From positions 2,296-66,295 of the forward strand of contig JBAZGA010000005.1 of the NCBI GenBank assembly GCA_041653115.1: a DNA stretch of 64,000 nucleotides, given 5' to 3'. The translations under genes and the position numbers were made by a program. Below, in pieces: positions 1 through 9,439 of this stretch (positions are counted from its first letter, which is position 1; every line of letters starts with the position of its first letter). The notes beneath the pieces are model-generated. The model saw nothing but the letters and a program-made list of their open reading frames with translations, made no database searches and had not been told where the DNA came from. This stretch comes from Candidatus Omnitrophota bacterium. Its GTDB lineage: Bacteria > Omnitrophota > Gorgyraeia > Gygaellales > Profunditerraquicolaceae.

Positions 1-1383
1 TGGTGGATGCTGCCCTTAGGTTTAATGGCAGTTTTAGCCACAGTCGGGCCGTTTATTTATATCTATCTCAGCCGCCGGGCTGAAGATAAATTACTCAAAG
101 AGCAGAGGCGCTACCAGAATACCTTAAAACAAGCCTCCTTAGGGATGACGCGCATCCGTAATTTAAGGAGACTCCTGGATTTAATCGCCCATATCATTAC
201 TAAGACCGTCAAGATATCCTATGCCGCAATTTATCTCTATGACGAGGAGTCTGATAAATATCGTCTGCAGGTCAGCCGCGATAAGGGCAGGGTGCCTATC
301 CCGGAATTGCGCTCAGATAATACCCTGATTAATTGGATATTATTGGAGCATGACCCCCTGATTTACGAAGAGATCAGGCGCCAGATGCAGGATGCCCGAG
401 ATGCTACCTACAAGCATCTGGAAAAAGAGATGCGCCTTTTAACCGCCTCGGTAATTATACCTTGTTTCTTAGAAGATAAGTTCTTAGGTTTTATTGTCTT
501 GGGCGATAAACTCTCTGGAGGCATTTATACTCCTGATGATCTGAATGTTTTCCAGGTGTTGGCCAGTCAGGCTGCCTTAGCCATAGAGAACGCCGAGTTT
601 TATGAAGAGACCAAGAAAATACACGAGCAGATTGCCCAGGCAGAAAAGATGGCGACTATTGGAACAATGGCTGATGGCCTATCGCACCAGATCAATAACC
701 GTTTTTACGCGCTCTCCCTGATTGCCGGCGATACTATCGATACTATAAAGCTTACCGATACTTCCAAATGTACCCCTGAAATCAGAGAAATGATCGATTC
801 TGTTAACCATGCCCTCGGCCGCATCAAGACTAATGTGATGCAGGGAGGCGAGGTAGTAAAGGGGATACTCAAATATACCCGTAAAGGCGAAGAAAGCTTC
901 GGGCCGTTAACCTTAGACCAGGTTTTAGACGGGACACTGGAGATGGTGCAATACAAGGTAAAACTCTCCGAAATTGACATTGTGCGGGATTACCCGAAAG
1001 ACACCCCCAAAATCAAAGGTAACCTCACGCAGTTAGAAGAGGTCTTTTTTAACTTTATTGACAATGCCTACGATGCAATCGTGGAGCGCCGCACGCTTTT
1101 TAATGAAGAAGGCTACCGCGGCAGGATCAGGTTCTCTGGCCGCGAAAAAGACAATAAATTAGAAATTACCATTGAGGATAACGGATTAGGGGTTAAGGAC
1201 GATAATATGAAGAAGATCTTTACGCCCTTTTTTACCACCAAGGCCTCATCGCATAAAGGCACCGGCCTTGGGCTTTACGTGATCAATAAAATTATCACCG
1301 AGACGCACCAGGGGACAATTAATTTTGAGTCGGCTTATCGCGTCGGCACCAGGTTTATTATCGAGCTGCCGATTGCCAGATAA
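1..1383 (+). CDS. Sensor histidine kinase (TM, GAF-like region, HisKA, HATPase_c); 5' end probably truncated by the window edge
   Basis: C-terminal HATPase_c motifs (DNGLGV, GTGLGLYVINKI) and a conserved His in a HisKA-like segment; the ORF begins at nt 7 but reads open to the window start. Confidence 0.8.
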   Translation, partial: WWMLPLGLMAVLATVGPFIYIYLSRRAEDKLLKEQRRYQNTLKQASLGMTRIRNLRRLLDLIAHIITKTVKISYAAIYLYDEESDKYRLQVSRDKGRVPIPELRSDNTLINWILLEHDPLIYEEIRRQMQDARDATYKHLEKEMRLLTASVIIPCFLEDKFLGFIVLGDKLSGGIYTPDDLNVFQVLASQAALAIENAEFYEETKKIHEQIAQAEKMATIGTMADGLSHQINNRFYALSLIAGDTIDTIKLTDTSKCTPEIREMIDSVNHALGRIKTNVMQGGEVVKGILKYTRKGEESFGPLTLDQVLDGTLEMVQYKVKLSEIDIVRDYPKDTPKIKGNLTQLEEVFFNFIDNAYDAIVERRTLFNEEGYRGRIRFSGREKDNKLEITIEDNGLGVKDDNMKKIFTPFFTTKASSHKGTGLGLYVINKIITETHQGTINFESAYRVGTRFIIELPIAR

Positions 1384-1400
1384 AATAAGGAGGAGGTAAA

Positions 1401-1760
1401 ATGCCAAGGTTATTAATCGTAGACGATGAAAATGACGTCAGGGAATTTGCCGCGAATTTTTTCCGCAAGCGCAAAATCGACTGCCTCACTGCTTCCAGCG
1501 GGGAAGAGGCGCTGGGGATTGTAGAGGAGCATAATCCGGACCTGGTATTGCTGGATATTAAAATGGAAGGTATCGACGGGATTGAGACCTTAAGGCGGAT
1601 TAGGGAGAAGCACAAGGATGTTAAAGCGATTATGGTTACCGGCAGGAAACCGGAAGAGCAGGAGGCTTTTGATAAATGCCGGGAGCTGGGCGCTTTGGAC
1701 TATATCCATAAGCCGCTGGAGCTGGATGAATTAGAGAAGATAGTGCTGAAAAACTTATAG
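1401..1760 (+). CDS. Single-domain response regulator (CheY-like receiver)
   Basis: LLIVDDE...DLVLLDIKMEGIDGIE receiver signature; RBS GGAGGAGG upstream; 119 aa with no output domain. Confidence 0.85.
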   Translation: MPRLLIVDDENDVREFAANFFRKRKIDCLTASSGEEALGIVEEHNPDLVLLDIKMEGIDGIETLRRIREKHKDVKAIMVTGRKPEEQEAFDKCRELGALDYIHKPLELDELEKIVLKNL

Positions 1761-1771
1761 AGAGGACAGCC

Positions 1772-2935
1772 ATGCCTATTGACTACAAGAAAGAGCTGGA
1801 GACCGCGGCAAAGAATATGATTCTGGTGCACGAGCCGGATGTCCTGATTAAGATGATTATCAGGATGCTGGTGCAGAAGGCAAAAGTCAAACATGCCGGG
1901 ATGTTATTGCATAACCGCGATAAAGATACTTATATTCTGGCTGTTTCGCGGGGTATTGCGGGCTTAAAAATACCTATGGGGTTTGCCCGGATGGACGCGG
2001 ATAATCCGCTTATCCGTTTCTTCAGGCAGCGGCTGGATAAGAAATTTTTCTCAAACGGCGCAATTATCCATGAAGAGGCGCAAAAAGTATTGAAAAAGAA
2101 AATCGGCGACGGCGAAAAGGAATTGTTAAGCCAGGCGTTGGCCCAAATGGAGATATTCGGGGCAGTAGTTTGTATACCCAATTATTTCCGGGATGAATTA
2201 GTCGGCCTGGTATTATTAGGCGCAAAAAAGAACGGCAGGAGATTCGCCGAAGAAGAAATAGATTTTTTTCTTGCCCTGGCTTCGGATGTGGCGATGGCTA
2301 TCCGCAACGCCCAGTTATTCCGTGAATTGGAATTAGAGCTGAAAAGAAAGCACCAGCTTTTTCTCCAGACTACGATTGCCCTGGCCGCGGCGATTGACGC
2401 CAAAGACCATTATACGCACGGCCATACCGGGCGCGTCACAAACTTGAGCCTGGATATTGCCAGGAGGCTTGCTCAGGAAAACAAAGAATTATTTGACGAG
2501 AAGTCCCTGGAAAACTTGCATATTGCCGCGCTTTTGCATGATATAGGGAAAATCGGCATTCCCGAATCGCTCCTGAATAAAGAAGGGCCGTTAAGCGGAG
2601 AAGAGCGGCAAAAAATGGAAGGGCACCCTTTGGTAGGCGCGATAATATTGCAGCCGATCAGGGACCTGCAGGAAGCTACTTTAGGCGTAAAATACCATCA
2701 TGAAAGATACGACGGCTTAGGCTATCCTGAAAAGCTGAAAGCCGAAGAGATACCTCTCTCCGCTGCGATAATTGCCGTTGCCGACAGTTTTGATGCGATG
2801 ATTACGGACAGGCCTTACCGCAAGGGTTTATCCAAAGAAGAGGCGATAGCGGAAATCAAACGCGCCAGAGCCAAGCAGTTTAATCCCCGCGTAGTAGATG
2901 CCTTTCTTGAGCTTTATCAGGAGGGTAAAATTTAG
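1772..2935 (+). CDS. GAF-domain HD-GYP phosphodiesterase (c-di-GMP hydrolase family)
   Basis: HD motifs HYTHGHTGRV...LLHDIGKIGIP...HHERYDGLGYP typical of HD-GYP, with an N-terminal GAF-like region. Confidence 0.8.
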   Translation: MPIDYKKELETAAKNMILVHEPDVLIKMIIRMLVQKAKVKHAGMLLHNRDKDTYILAVSRGIAGLKIPMGFARMDADNPLIRFFRQRLDKKFFSNGAIIHEEAQKVLKKKIGDGEKELLSQALAQMEIFGAVVCIPNYFRDELVGLVLLGAKKNGRRFAEEEIDFFLALASDVAMAIRNAQLFRELELELKRKHQLFLQTTIALAAAIDAKDHYTHGHTGRVTNLSLDIARRLAQENKELFDEKSLENLHIAALLHDIGKIGIPESLLNKEGPLSGEERQKMEGHPLVGAIILQPIRDLQEATLGVKYHHERYDGLGYPEKLKAEEIPLSAAIIAVADSFDAMITDRPYRKGLSKEEAIAEIKRARAKQFNPRVVDAFLELYQEGKI

Positions 2936-2941
2936 CCGCCG

Positions 2942-4066
2942 ATGGAAGCCAAGCGCATAATTTTGATGTATATATCCGCGGTGTCGGGCCACCGGAGCGC
3001 CGCCATAGCTATTGAAAAGGCGATTAAGCTGTTGTCTCCCGATACGCAGATTTTAAGCATCAACGCCTTTAATTATACCAACCCTATCTCGGAACGAATC
3101 ATCAACCGGCTTTATATGGGCGTAGTCGAGAAGGCCCCGGCAATCTGGGATTATCTCTATGATAATCCTCAAGTAGCCAAAAGAATAGAAAAGCTAAAAA
3201 AAGCCGTGCATAGATTTAACTCCCCGAAATTAAAAAAACTTTTTGACGAATTCCGGCCGGACGTGGTTGCCTGCACCCAGGCTTTTCCCTGCGGGATGGT
3301 CGCGGATTTCAAAAAAATATATAATTCCCGTATCCCGCTGGTAGCTGTGCTCACCGATTATATACCCCACTCTTATTGGATTTACGATACCGTAGATTTT
3401 TATATTACGCCTTCGGATGAAGTAACGGGGCGCCTGGTGTCAAGAGGGATATCCGGGGAGAAAATAAAAACCCTGGGGATTCCGTTTAGCCCCAGCTTTA
3501 ATCAGCCGATAGATAAGAAAAGCGTCTTACAAAAGCTGGGTTTAGGCGAAAATATTCCTACTATATTAATCATGGGTGGAAGCCACGGCTTGGGCCCGAT
3601 AAAGACAATTATCGGCTCTCTTGAGAAAACAGCGCAGGAAATCCAGGAAATAATTGTTGCCGGAGCCAACCGCAGGCTCTATCGTTCTTTAGCCAGGCAA
3701 ATAAAAAAATATAAAAAAAAGATTGCGCTTTTGGGTTTCGTTGATAATATTAATGAACTGATGAGCGTTTCCGATATTATTCTCACTAAGCCCGGAGGCA
3801 TTACGGTTGCCGAGGCACTGGGGAAAAAGCTGCCGATGCTGATTATCAAGCCCCTGCCCGGACAGGAGGCCAGCAATACCGCTTATTTGACAGAAAAAAA
3901 GGCCGCGCTTAAGATAGATGATTTAAACCGGATAAACCTTATTATCGATGATTTGCTGCTGGATAGAGATAAATTGAGCGTTCTCCGGGAGGCGAGCGGC
4001 CAGATCAGCAAGCCTTTCGCCAGCCGCGATATCGCCGAGCTGCTCCTAAGTTTAAACAATGTTTGA
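2942..4066 (+). CDS. MGDG-synthase-like diacylglycerol glycosyltransferase (UgtP/MurG-like, GT28 superfamily)
   Basis: N-terminal MGDG_synth-like region and a C-terminal GT-B nucleotide-sugar binding region (GGSHG, PGGITVAEALGKKLPM). Confidence 0.65.
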   Translation: MEAKRIILMYISAVSGHRSAAIAIEKAIKLLSPDTQILSINAFNYTNPISERIINRLYMGVVEKAPAIWDYLYDNPQVAKRIEKLKKAVHRFNSPKLKKLFDEFRPDVVACTQAFPCGMVADFKKIYNSRIPLVAVLTDYIPHSYWIYDTVDFYITPSDEVTGRLVSRGISGEKIKTLGIPFSPSFNQPIDKKSVLQKLGLGENIPTILIMGGSHGLGPIKTIIGSLEKTAQEIQEIIVAGANRRLYRSLARQIKKYKKKIALLGFVDNINELMSVSDIILTKPGGITVAEALGKKLPMLIIKPLPGQEASNTAYLTEKKAALKIDDLNRINLIIDDLLLDRDKLSVLREASGQISKPFASRDIAELLLSLNNV

Positions 4067-4919
4067 TTACTTCCTTTATAGGATAGGCCAGTTTATCGCC
4101 CTGTCTTTACCCTTAAAAATAGGTTATAAAATAGCGGTAATCGTTTCCGACCTGCATTACACATTTGCCGCTAAAGACCGCCGCACCGTAAAGGCTAACT
4201 TAAAAGCAATCTTTCCGGAAAAAACAGACCGGGAAATCCGGCGGATCAGGATACGGATGTTCCGTAATTTTGCCAAATACCTGGTGGATTTTTTCCGTTT
4301 TTCAAAATTGGACCGGGAATACATCAAAAGGAATATCAAAATAGAAAATATGCATTACTTTGACCAGGCGCTCGCCGAAAGAAAAGGAGTGATTACGGTT
4401 ACCGCTCACCTGGGGAACTGGGAATTGGGCGGGGCATTGATCGGAATTCTGGGGTATCCTTTCTGGGTAGTAGCGCTTGTCCACAAGGATAAGCGGGTGA
4501 ATGAATTCTTCAATTTTCAAAGAAAAAGCAAGGGGGTCAGCGTTATCCCCCTGGGCAAGGCTGCCAGGCAGTGCCTCAATGTTTTGCGGGAAAATAAAGT
4601 TTTGGGCCTGGTAGGGGACAGGGATTTCAGCGCAAACGGAGGGGTTAAGCTGGATTTTTTCGGTAAGCCTACGCTTTTTCCGGAAGGCCCGGCAATATTT
4701 GCCTTAAAGACGGGTGCAGTGATCGTGCCGGGGTTCATGCTAAGGAACGAAGACGATAGTTTCACTTTCCGTTCCGAGAAACCGATAGAATTCGCTCCGA
4801 CGGGAAATCGGGAAAAGGATATATTGGAGTTAATCAAGCGTTACAAGGTGATTTTTGAAGAGTATATCAGGAAATATCCTGACCAGTGGTATATGTTCAG
4901 GAAATTCTGGGCTGACTGA
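4059..4919 (+). CDS. Lysophospholipid/lipid A acyltransferase (LpxL/HtrB-like, LPLAT superfamily)
   Basis: HLGNWELGG (HX4D/E-type acyltransferase motif) and a length and profile typical of Kdo2-lipid IVA acyltransferases. Confidence 0.65.
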   Translation: MFDYFLYRIGQFIALSLPLKIGYKIAVIVSDLHYTFAAKDRRTVKANLKAIFPEKTDREIRRIRIRMFRNFAKYLVDFFRFSKLDREYIKRNIKIENMHYFDQALAERKGVITVTAHLGNWELGGALIGILGYPFWVVALVHKDKRVNEFFNFQRKSKGVSVIPLGKAARQCLNVLRENKVLGLVGDRDFSANGGVKLDFFGKPTLFPEGPAIFALKTGAVIVPGFMLRNEDDSFTFRSEKPIEFAPTGNREKDILELIKRYKVIFEEYIRKYPDQWYMFRKFWAD

Positions 4920-5591
4920 ATGAAGACCTGCGTAGTCATACCTACATACAATGAAGCCGGGGCAATCGGCGGGTTAATCAGGCAAGTCCGCCAACAGGGC
5001 CTGGAAGCCGTGGTTATTGATGACGGTTCTTCGGATAATACCGCGGATATCGCCCAGGATGCCGGAGCGACTGTCTTCCGGAATAAAGACAACAAAGGCA
5101 AAGGCGCTTCTTTGATAAAGGGCTTTAAGTATGCTTTGGCAAATGATTTTGACGCGGTGATTACGATGGACGGGGACGGGCAGCACCTGCCTGAAGAGAT
5201 ACCGTTTTTCCTGCGCCTGGCGCAATATTCCGACAGCGCGCTCCTTATCGGTAACCGGATGTTTAAAACTAAAACCATGCCCGGCATCAGGATTTTTACC
5301 AATAAACTGATGTCCTGGCTGATTTCCGGAGTAACAAAACAAAAAATTCCCGATACGCAGTGCGGTTTCCGGCTGCTGAAAAAAGAGGCGTTGGAAAAAA
5401 TGCGGCTGAATACCTCTAAATACGAAACCGAAACGGAAATGTTAATTCAGGCCTCGCGCCTGGGGTTAAAAATCGAATCCGTCCCGGTTAAGACTATATA
5501 CCGGGGGGAAAAAAGCCAGATTAACCCTTTTGTGGATACCTTAAGGTTTATCAAATTCATGGTGAAGGAATTATGGACTACGCGACCCTGA
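4920..5591 (+). CDS. GT2 polyprenyl-phosphate glycosyltransferase (DPM1/GtrB-like)
   Basis: VVIPTYNE...DDGSSDNT...MDGDGQH GT2 signatures. Confidence 0.8.
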   Translation: MKTCVVIPTYNEAGAIGGLIRQVRQQGLEAVVIDDGSSDNTADIAQDAGATVFRNKDNKGKGASLIKGFKYALANDFDAVITMDGDGQHLPEEIPFFLRLAQYSDSALLIGNRMFKTKTMPGIRIFTNKLMSWLISGVTKQKIPDTQCGFRLLKKEALEKMRLNTSKYETETEMLIQASRLGLKIESVPVKTIYRGEKSQINPFVDTLRFIKFMVKELWTTRP

Positions 5592-6214
5592 GGCAGAGGA
5601 TGGTTGAGGAGCAGATTATCCCGCGCGGCATAAAAGACGAGCGCCTATTGGGTGTCTTCCGTAAAGTGGAACGGCATAAATTCGTTTCCCAAGAATTAAT
5701 CACCAACGCTTATGCGGATTTTCCCGTTCCCATCGGGGAAGGACAGACCATCTCTCAGCCTTATATGGCGGCTTTAATGACTGAGCAGTTGGCATTGACC
5801 GGCCAGGAAAGAGTCTTAGAAATCGGCACGGGTTCGGGTTATCAGACGGCGATACTGGCAGAGTTGGCAAAAGAAGTATATAGCATAGAACGGCTTCCGG
5901 GTTTGGCTCAGAAGGCCGAGGGTATACTTAATGAGCTGGGTTATACAAACATCAGGATAAAGGTAGGCGATGGAACCCTGGGCTGGAAAGAAGCCGCTCC
6001 TTTTGACCGGATTATCGTTACCGCTGCCAGCCCGCGCATCCCCTTACCGCTGACAGAGCAGTTGAAAGACCCGGGTAGGCTCGTTTTACCGTTGGGTGAG
6101 ACTTTCAGCCAGGCCTTAACCGTGGTAGAGAAGAAAAACGGCCAGGTTGAGTCTGTCAAGATTTGCGGTTGCGTCTTTGTGCCCTTAGTGGGTAAATACG
6201 GTTGGAAGGAATGA
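5573..6214 (+). CDS. pcm: Protein-L-isoaspartate O-methyltransferase
   Basis: GQTISQPYMAA...VLEIGTGSGYQTA SAM-binding and PIMT motifs. Confidence 0.9.
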   Translation: MDYATLRQRMVEEQIIPRGIKDERLLGVFRKVERHKFVSQELITNAYADFPVPIGEGQTISQPYMAALMTEQLALTGQERVLEIGTGSGYQTAILAELAKEVYSIERLPGLAQKAEGILNELGYTNIRIKVGDGTLGWKEAAPFDRIIVTAASPRIPLPLTEQLKDPGRLVLPLGETFSQALTVVEKKNGQVESVKICGCVFVPLVGKYGWKE

Positions 6215-6220
6215 GCCAGG

Positions 6221-6718
6221 ATGTTAGATATAATCGTTAATTGGTTAAAAGACATACCTAAAGAGCTTCTGGTAACTATTGTAGCGGCTTTACCGATATC
6301 GGAATTAAGAGGCGCTATCCCTTTGGCATTATCTTTTAATATGCCGTTAACCAAGGCATTCTGGCTGGCGGTATTGGGAAATCTTAGCTTTGTCGTGCCG
6401 GCGCTTTTTCTCTTTGAGCCGCTCTCCAATAAATTGAGAAAATTTAAACTCTGGTCGCGTTTTTTTGACTGGCTCTTCAAACGGACAAAGAGAAACGCAG
6501 ATACCGTACAGAAATACGAGGCATTAGGGTTAGTCTTATTTGTGGCGATGCCGCTTCCCATGACCGGAGCCTGGAGCGGGGTCATTGCCGCTACGTTATT
6601 CAAAATCAGGTTTAGATACGCTTTGCTGGCGATAGTAGCGGGTGTTTTGTTTGCCGGATTAATAGTTTCCACATTGTCCGTGTTAGGCATTGTAAGCTGG
6701 AGGGCGATGGCCAATTGA
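6221..6718 (+). CDS. Small multidrug-export-like integral membrane protein (COG2426-like)
   Basis: 4-TM hydrophobic profile with an ELRGAIP motif recalled from this family; family assignment is from memory only. Confidence 0.45.
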   Translation: MLDIIVNWLKDIPKELLVTIVAALPISELRGAIPLALSFNMPLTKAFWLAVLGNLSFVVPALFLFEPLSNKLRKFKLWSRFFDWLFKRTKRNADTVQKYEALGLVLFVAMPLPMTGAWSGVIAATLFKIRFRYALLAIVAGVLFAGLIVSTLSVLGIVSWRAMAN

Positions 6719-7218
6719 TACAGGTCTATACAGGTAACGGCAAAGGAAAGACTACGGCGGCGCTGGGCCTGGCGTTACGCGCGGCAGGAGCGGGATTAAA
6801 AGTATATATAGCCCAGTTTGCCAAGGGCAGGCATTACAGCGAATTGAATTCATTAAAGAAGCTGAAGAATATAAAACTCGAGCAATTCGGCAGGGGCTGT
6901 TTTATCGGAAAAATCCCCGCCAAAACGGATATCACCCTCGCCGGAAAGGGCCTGAAAAAAATAAAAAAAATTATTTCCCGTAAGGCTTATCGCGTAGTAA
7001 TATTGGATGAAATCAATATCGCCCTAAAGCTTAAGCTGGTAGAGTTAGAGGACGTTATCGGGCTTTTAAAAAGAGCGCCTAAAAAGACGGAAATCATCCT
7101 TACCGGCCGCTACGCGCCGGCCGCGATTATCAAAATAGCCGACCTGGTGAGCCAGATACGCCAGGTAAAACATTATTATAAGCGGGGCCTCCCCGCCAGG
7201 AAAGGGATCGAGCATTGA
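6715..7218 (+). CDS. cobO: Cob(I)yrinic acid a,c-diamide / corrinoid adenosyltransferase (CobO/BtuR family)
   Basis: N-terminal YTGNGKGKTTAALGLALRAAG P-loop typical of BtuR/CobO; ATGA overlap with the upstream gene. Confidence 0.8.
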   Translation: MIQVYTGNGKGKTTAALGLALRAAGAGLKVYIAQFAKGRHYSELNSLKKLKNIKLEQFGRGCFIGKIPAKTDITLAGKGLKKIKKIISRKAYRVVILDEINIALKLKLVELEDVIGLLKRAPKKTEIILTGRYAPAAIIKIADLVSQIRQVKHYYKRGLPARKGIEH

Positions 7219-7901
7219 GTTCGGATAGAGTATTTCAGATAGCGATTTTAATCTCGCTGGTTGCCCATGCCGTTATCTTATGGCAGTCCCCCAATTTCGG
7301 CCTTTTTAGTTCCAGGAAACAGGAAAATACCAACGTAGAACTGCGTTATATCAAGCCTCCGGAGGAAACCAAGCCTCCCCTTAAGGCATTATCCCCCAAG
7401 GAAGAGCCGTTTCTTAAAATGCCGCCGAAGATTACGGCGGAAGAAAACAGGCTACGGCCTTCTATTGATAAAGAAGATATTTTCAAGAAGAATAAGGGCG
7501 GGAGTGTTTCTCAAAAATATACCTTTGCCAAGCCGGCGCTGATAAAGCCCGATATCATCGCGGTGAAGAAAAAAATAACTTTATCACCGCCGACTGCGGA
7601 GAAGACAGAAAGCCCCAATTATATTGCTTATTCCCAGATTATCCGCGAAAAGATTAAGCGCGCCCTTTATCAAAATTATAACAGCATGGAAATAGGGGAG
7701 GTCTACCTTGCTTTTATCCTCTCCAGGGACGGCTATATCAAAGAGGTGCGCCTGATAGAGGAGAAGTCTTCGTCCAGTGCTTATCTTAGAGAAACCGCCT
7801 TACGCAGCATCAGAGACGCTTCGCCGTTTCCTGATTTTCCCAAAAAATTAGATTACGACCAGCTCTCCTTTAATGTCATCGTTTCTTTCGAAATAGAGTA
7901 A
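7215..7901 (+). CDS. TonB-like energy transducer (N-terminal TM anchor, Pro/Lys-rich linker, TonB_C-like domain)
   Basis: TM helix, proline-rich spacer, C-terminal GEVYLAFILSRDGYIKEVRLIE...SFNVIVSFEIE resembling TonB_C. Confidence 0.6.
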   Translation: MSSDRVFQIAILISLVAHAVILWQSPNFGLFSSRKQENTNVELRYIKPPEETKPPLKALSPKEEPFLKMPPKITAEENRLRPSIDKEDIFKKNKGGSVSQKYTFAKPALIKPDIIAVKKKITLSPPTAEKTESPNYIAYSQIIREKIKRALYQNYNSMEIGEVYLAFILSRDGYIKEVRLIEEKSSSSAYLRETALRSIRDASPFPDFPKKLDYDQLSFNVIVSFEIE

Positions 7902-7911
7902 GCGCTTACCT

Positions 7912-7940
7912 TGACATAACCCTAATTATATGTTATACTT
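7912..7940 (+). promoter_or_regulatory. Sigma70-type promoter upstream of cvpA (TTGACA-17-TATACT with extended TGt)
   Basis: TTGACA at 7912-7917 and TATACT at 7935-7940 with a 17-nt spacer. Confidence 0.55.
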
Positions 7941-7967
7941 ACTCATAATTTAAATAAAAATAAAATA

Positions 7968-8552
7968 TTGATGGGTGTGATTAGACAGATTAACTGGGTA
8001 GATGTCTTTGCCATAATTCTTTTTGGCAGAGTATGTTATATCGCTGTAGAAAAGGGGTTTCTCTCCGAAATATTCAAGTTCTTCGGGACGATTTTAACGA
8101 TTTATTTGTCGCTGCATTATTATACGGCGCTGGGAGATTTATTGAGCGGCCGCCTGGGCATAAAGTTTATCCCCCTGGAATTCCTGGATTTCCTTTGTTT
8201 TATTTTCTTGTCCTTAGTTGGTTACCTTTTCTTTATAGTTGTTCGCCAGCTGTTCTCCCGGCTCTTCCAAATCAAAGCGGTGCCCTATCTGTCCCGCTGG
8301 GGCGGGTTAGCCCTGGGGATAGCCAGGGGAATTTTAATGGTCGGCCTGGGCGTATTTATGCTGGCTATTTCCAGCGTTACCTATCTAAGGGAGAGCGCGG
8401 TTAATTCTTATTTAGGGAAGCGCGCAATCCATATTGCCCCTGCCGTATATGGCGGGATTTGGAACGGCCTGACCTCGAAGTTTATGCCCGGCGAGAAATT
8501 TAACCAGACTGTCCTGGAAGCCCAAGAAAGCCAGCAAAAAAACCAGAAATGA
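7968..8552 (+). CDS. cvpA: CvpA family membrane protein (colicin V production protein homolog)
   Basis: 4-TM profile and a conserved N-terminal NWVDVFAIILFG CvpA signature. Confidence 0.75.
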   Translation: MMGVIRQINWVDVFAIILFGRVCYIAVEKGFLSEIFKFFGTILTIYLSLHYYTALGDLLSGRLGIKFIPLEFLDFLCFIFLSLVGYLFFIVVRQLFSRLFQIKAVPYLSRWGGLALGIARGILMVGLGVFMLAISSVTYLRESAVNSYLGKRAIHIAPAVYGGIWNGLTSKFMPGEKFNQTVLEAQESQQKNQK

Positions 8553-9424
8553 AATTACAGCATTTTTATGAAAAGGTAGTAAAATTCGGGATTGACCGCG
8601 ACCCGAGAAAGAAGGCATTGATAAGTTCTTATGCCGATACGGCTATTTTGTACGGCAAGCCGAAGACAGAGGTAAAAAGTATCCTCGTCGGCATAGATAT
8701 AGAAGCCGCAGAGCTTTTATTGGCAGACAGGCTCCGCCGCAAGCAGCGGCTGGACCTGGTTATTTCGCATCACCCCGAAGGCAGGGCATATGCCGCGCTT
8801 TACGAAGTAATGCAATTACAGGTTGATTTGCTGGCAAAGGCCGGCATATCCCGGCAGGTTGCCGGCAAGCTCCTGGAGGAAAGGAAGCGCGAGGTGGAAA
8901 GAAGGGTCCTGCCGCAAAACCATATGCGTTCGATAGATGTCGCCCGGCTTCTGGATTTGCCGTTTATGTGCATGCATACGCCGGCTGACAATCACGCATC
9001 GACTTTCATCCAGGAATTAATGCGCCGCCAAAAGCCTAAAAAGGTACAGGATATCGTTGCCATCTTGATGGGGCTGCCTGAATATAAAGAGGCGGCAGCC
9101 GAATTAGCCGGGCCGCGTATTATCCTGGGTTCGCCCCGCCGGCCTGCGGGCAAGACTTTTGTCGAGATGACCGGCGGCACAGAGGGTTCCCGCGAAGTTT
9201 ATGACAAGCTTTATAAACAGGGCATCAGGACGCTTATCTGCATGCATTTAAGCGAAGAGCATTTTAAGAAGGTCAGAGACGCCAACCTTAACGTGGTGAT
9301 CGCCGGCCACATCTCCTCCGACGCCTTAGGGCTTAATCTGCTTCTGGACAGGATAGAGCAAGAGGCAGGAGAAAAGTTCCAAACCCTTGATTGTTCGGGC
9401 TTCCGCAGGATTAGAAGAAATTAA
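8549..9424 (+). CDS. Nif3-like dinuclear-metal-centre protein (divergent)
   Basis: DLVISHHP metal-binding motif, MHTPADNH and GHISSD segments; position next to dnaG-rpoD matches the known Nif3 (yqfO) neighbourhood. Confidence 0.5.
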   Translation: MKLQHFYEKVVKFGIDRDPRKKALISSYADTAILYGKPKTEVKSILVGIDIEAAELLLADRLRRKQRLDLVISHHPEGRAYAALYEVMQLQVDLLAKAGISRQVAGKLLEERKREVERRVLPQNHMRSIDVARLLDLPFMCMHTPADNHASTFIQELMRRQKPKKVQDIVAILMGLPEYKEAAAELAGPRIILGSPRRPAGKTFVEMTGGTEGSREVYDKLYKQGIRTLICMHLSEEHFKKVRDANLNVVIAGHISSDALGLNLLLDRIEQEAGEKFQTLDCSGFRRIRRN

Positions 9425-9439
9425 CTAAGGACATAAGTT

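Noticed and set aside
5941-6714. 257-aa minus-strand ORF overlapping pcm and the downstream membrane protein
   Set aside because: The + strand ORFs it overlaps have clear family signatures (PIMT motifs, TM protein), and the minus-strand translation is low-complexity. It is a shadow ORF.
8033-8404. 123-aa + strand ORF in an alternative frame inside cvpA
   Set aside because: It overlaps the CvpA frame, which has the conserved N-terminal signature and TM profile. The alternative frame is proline/glycine-rich junk.
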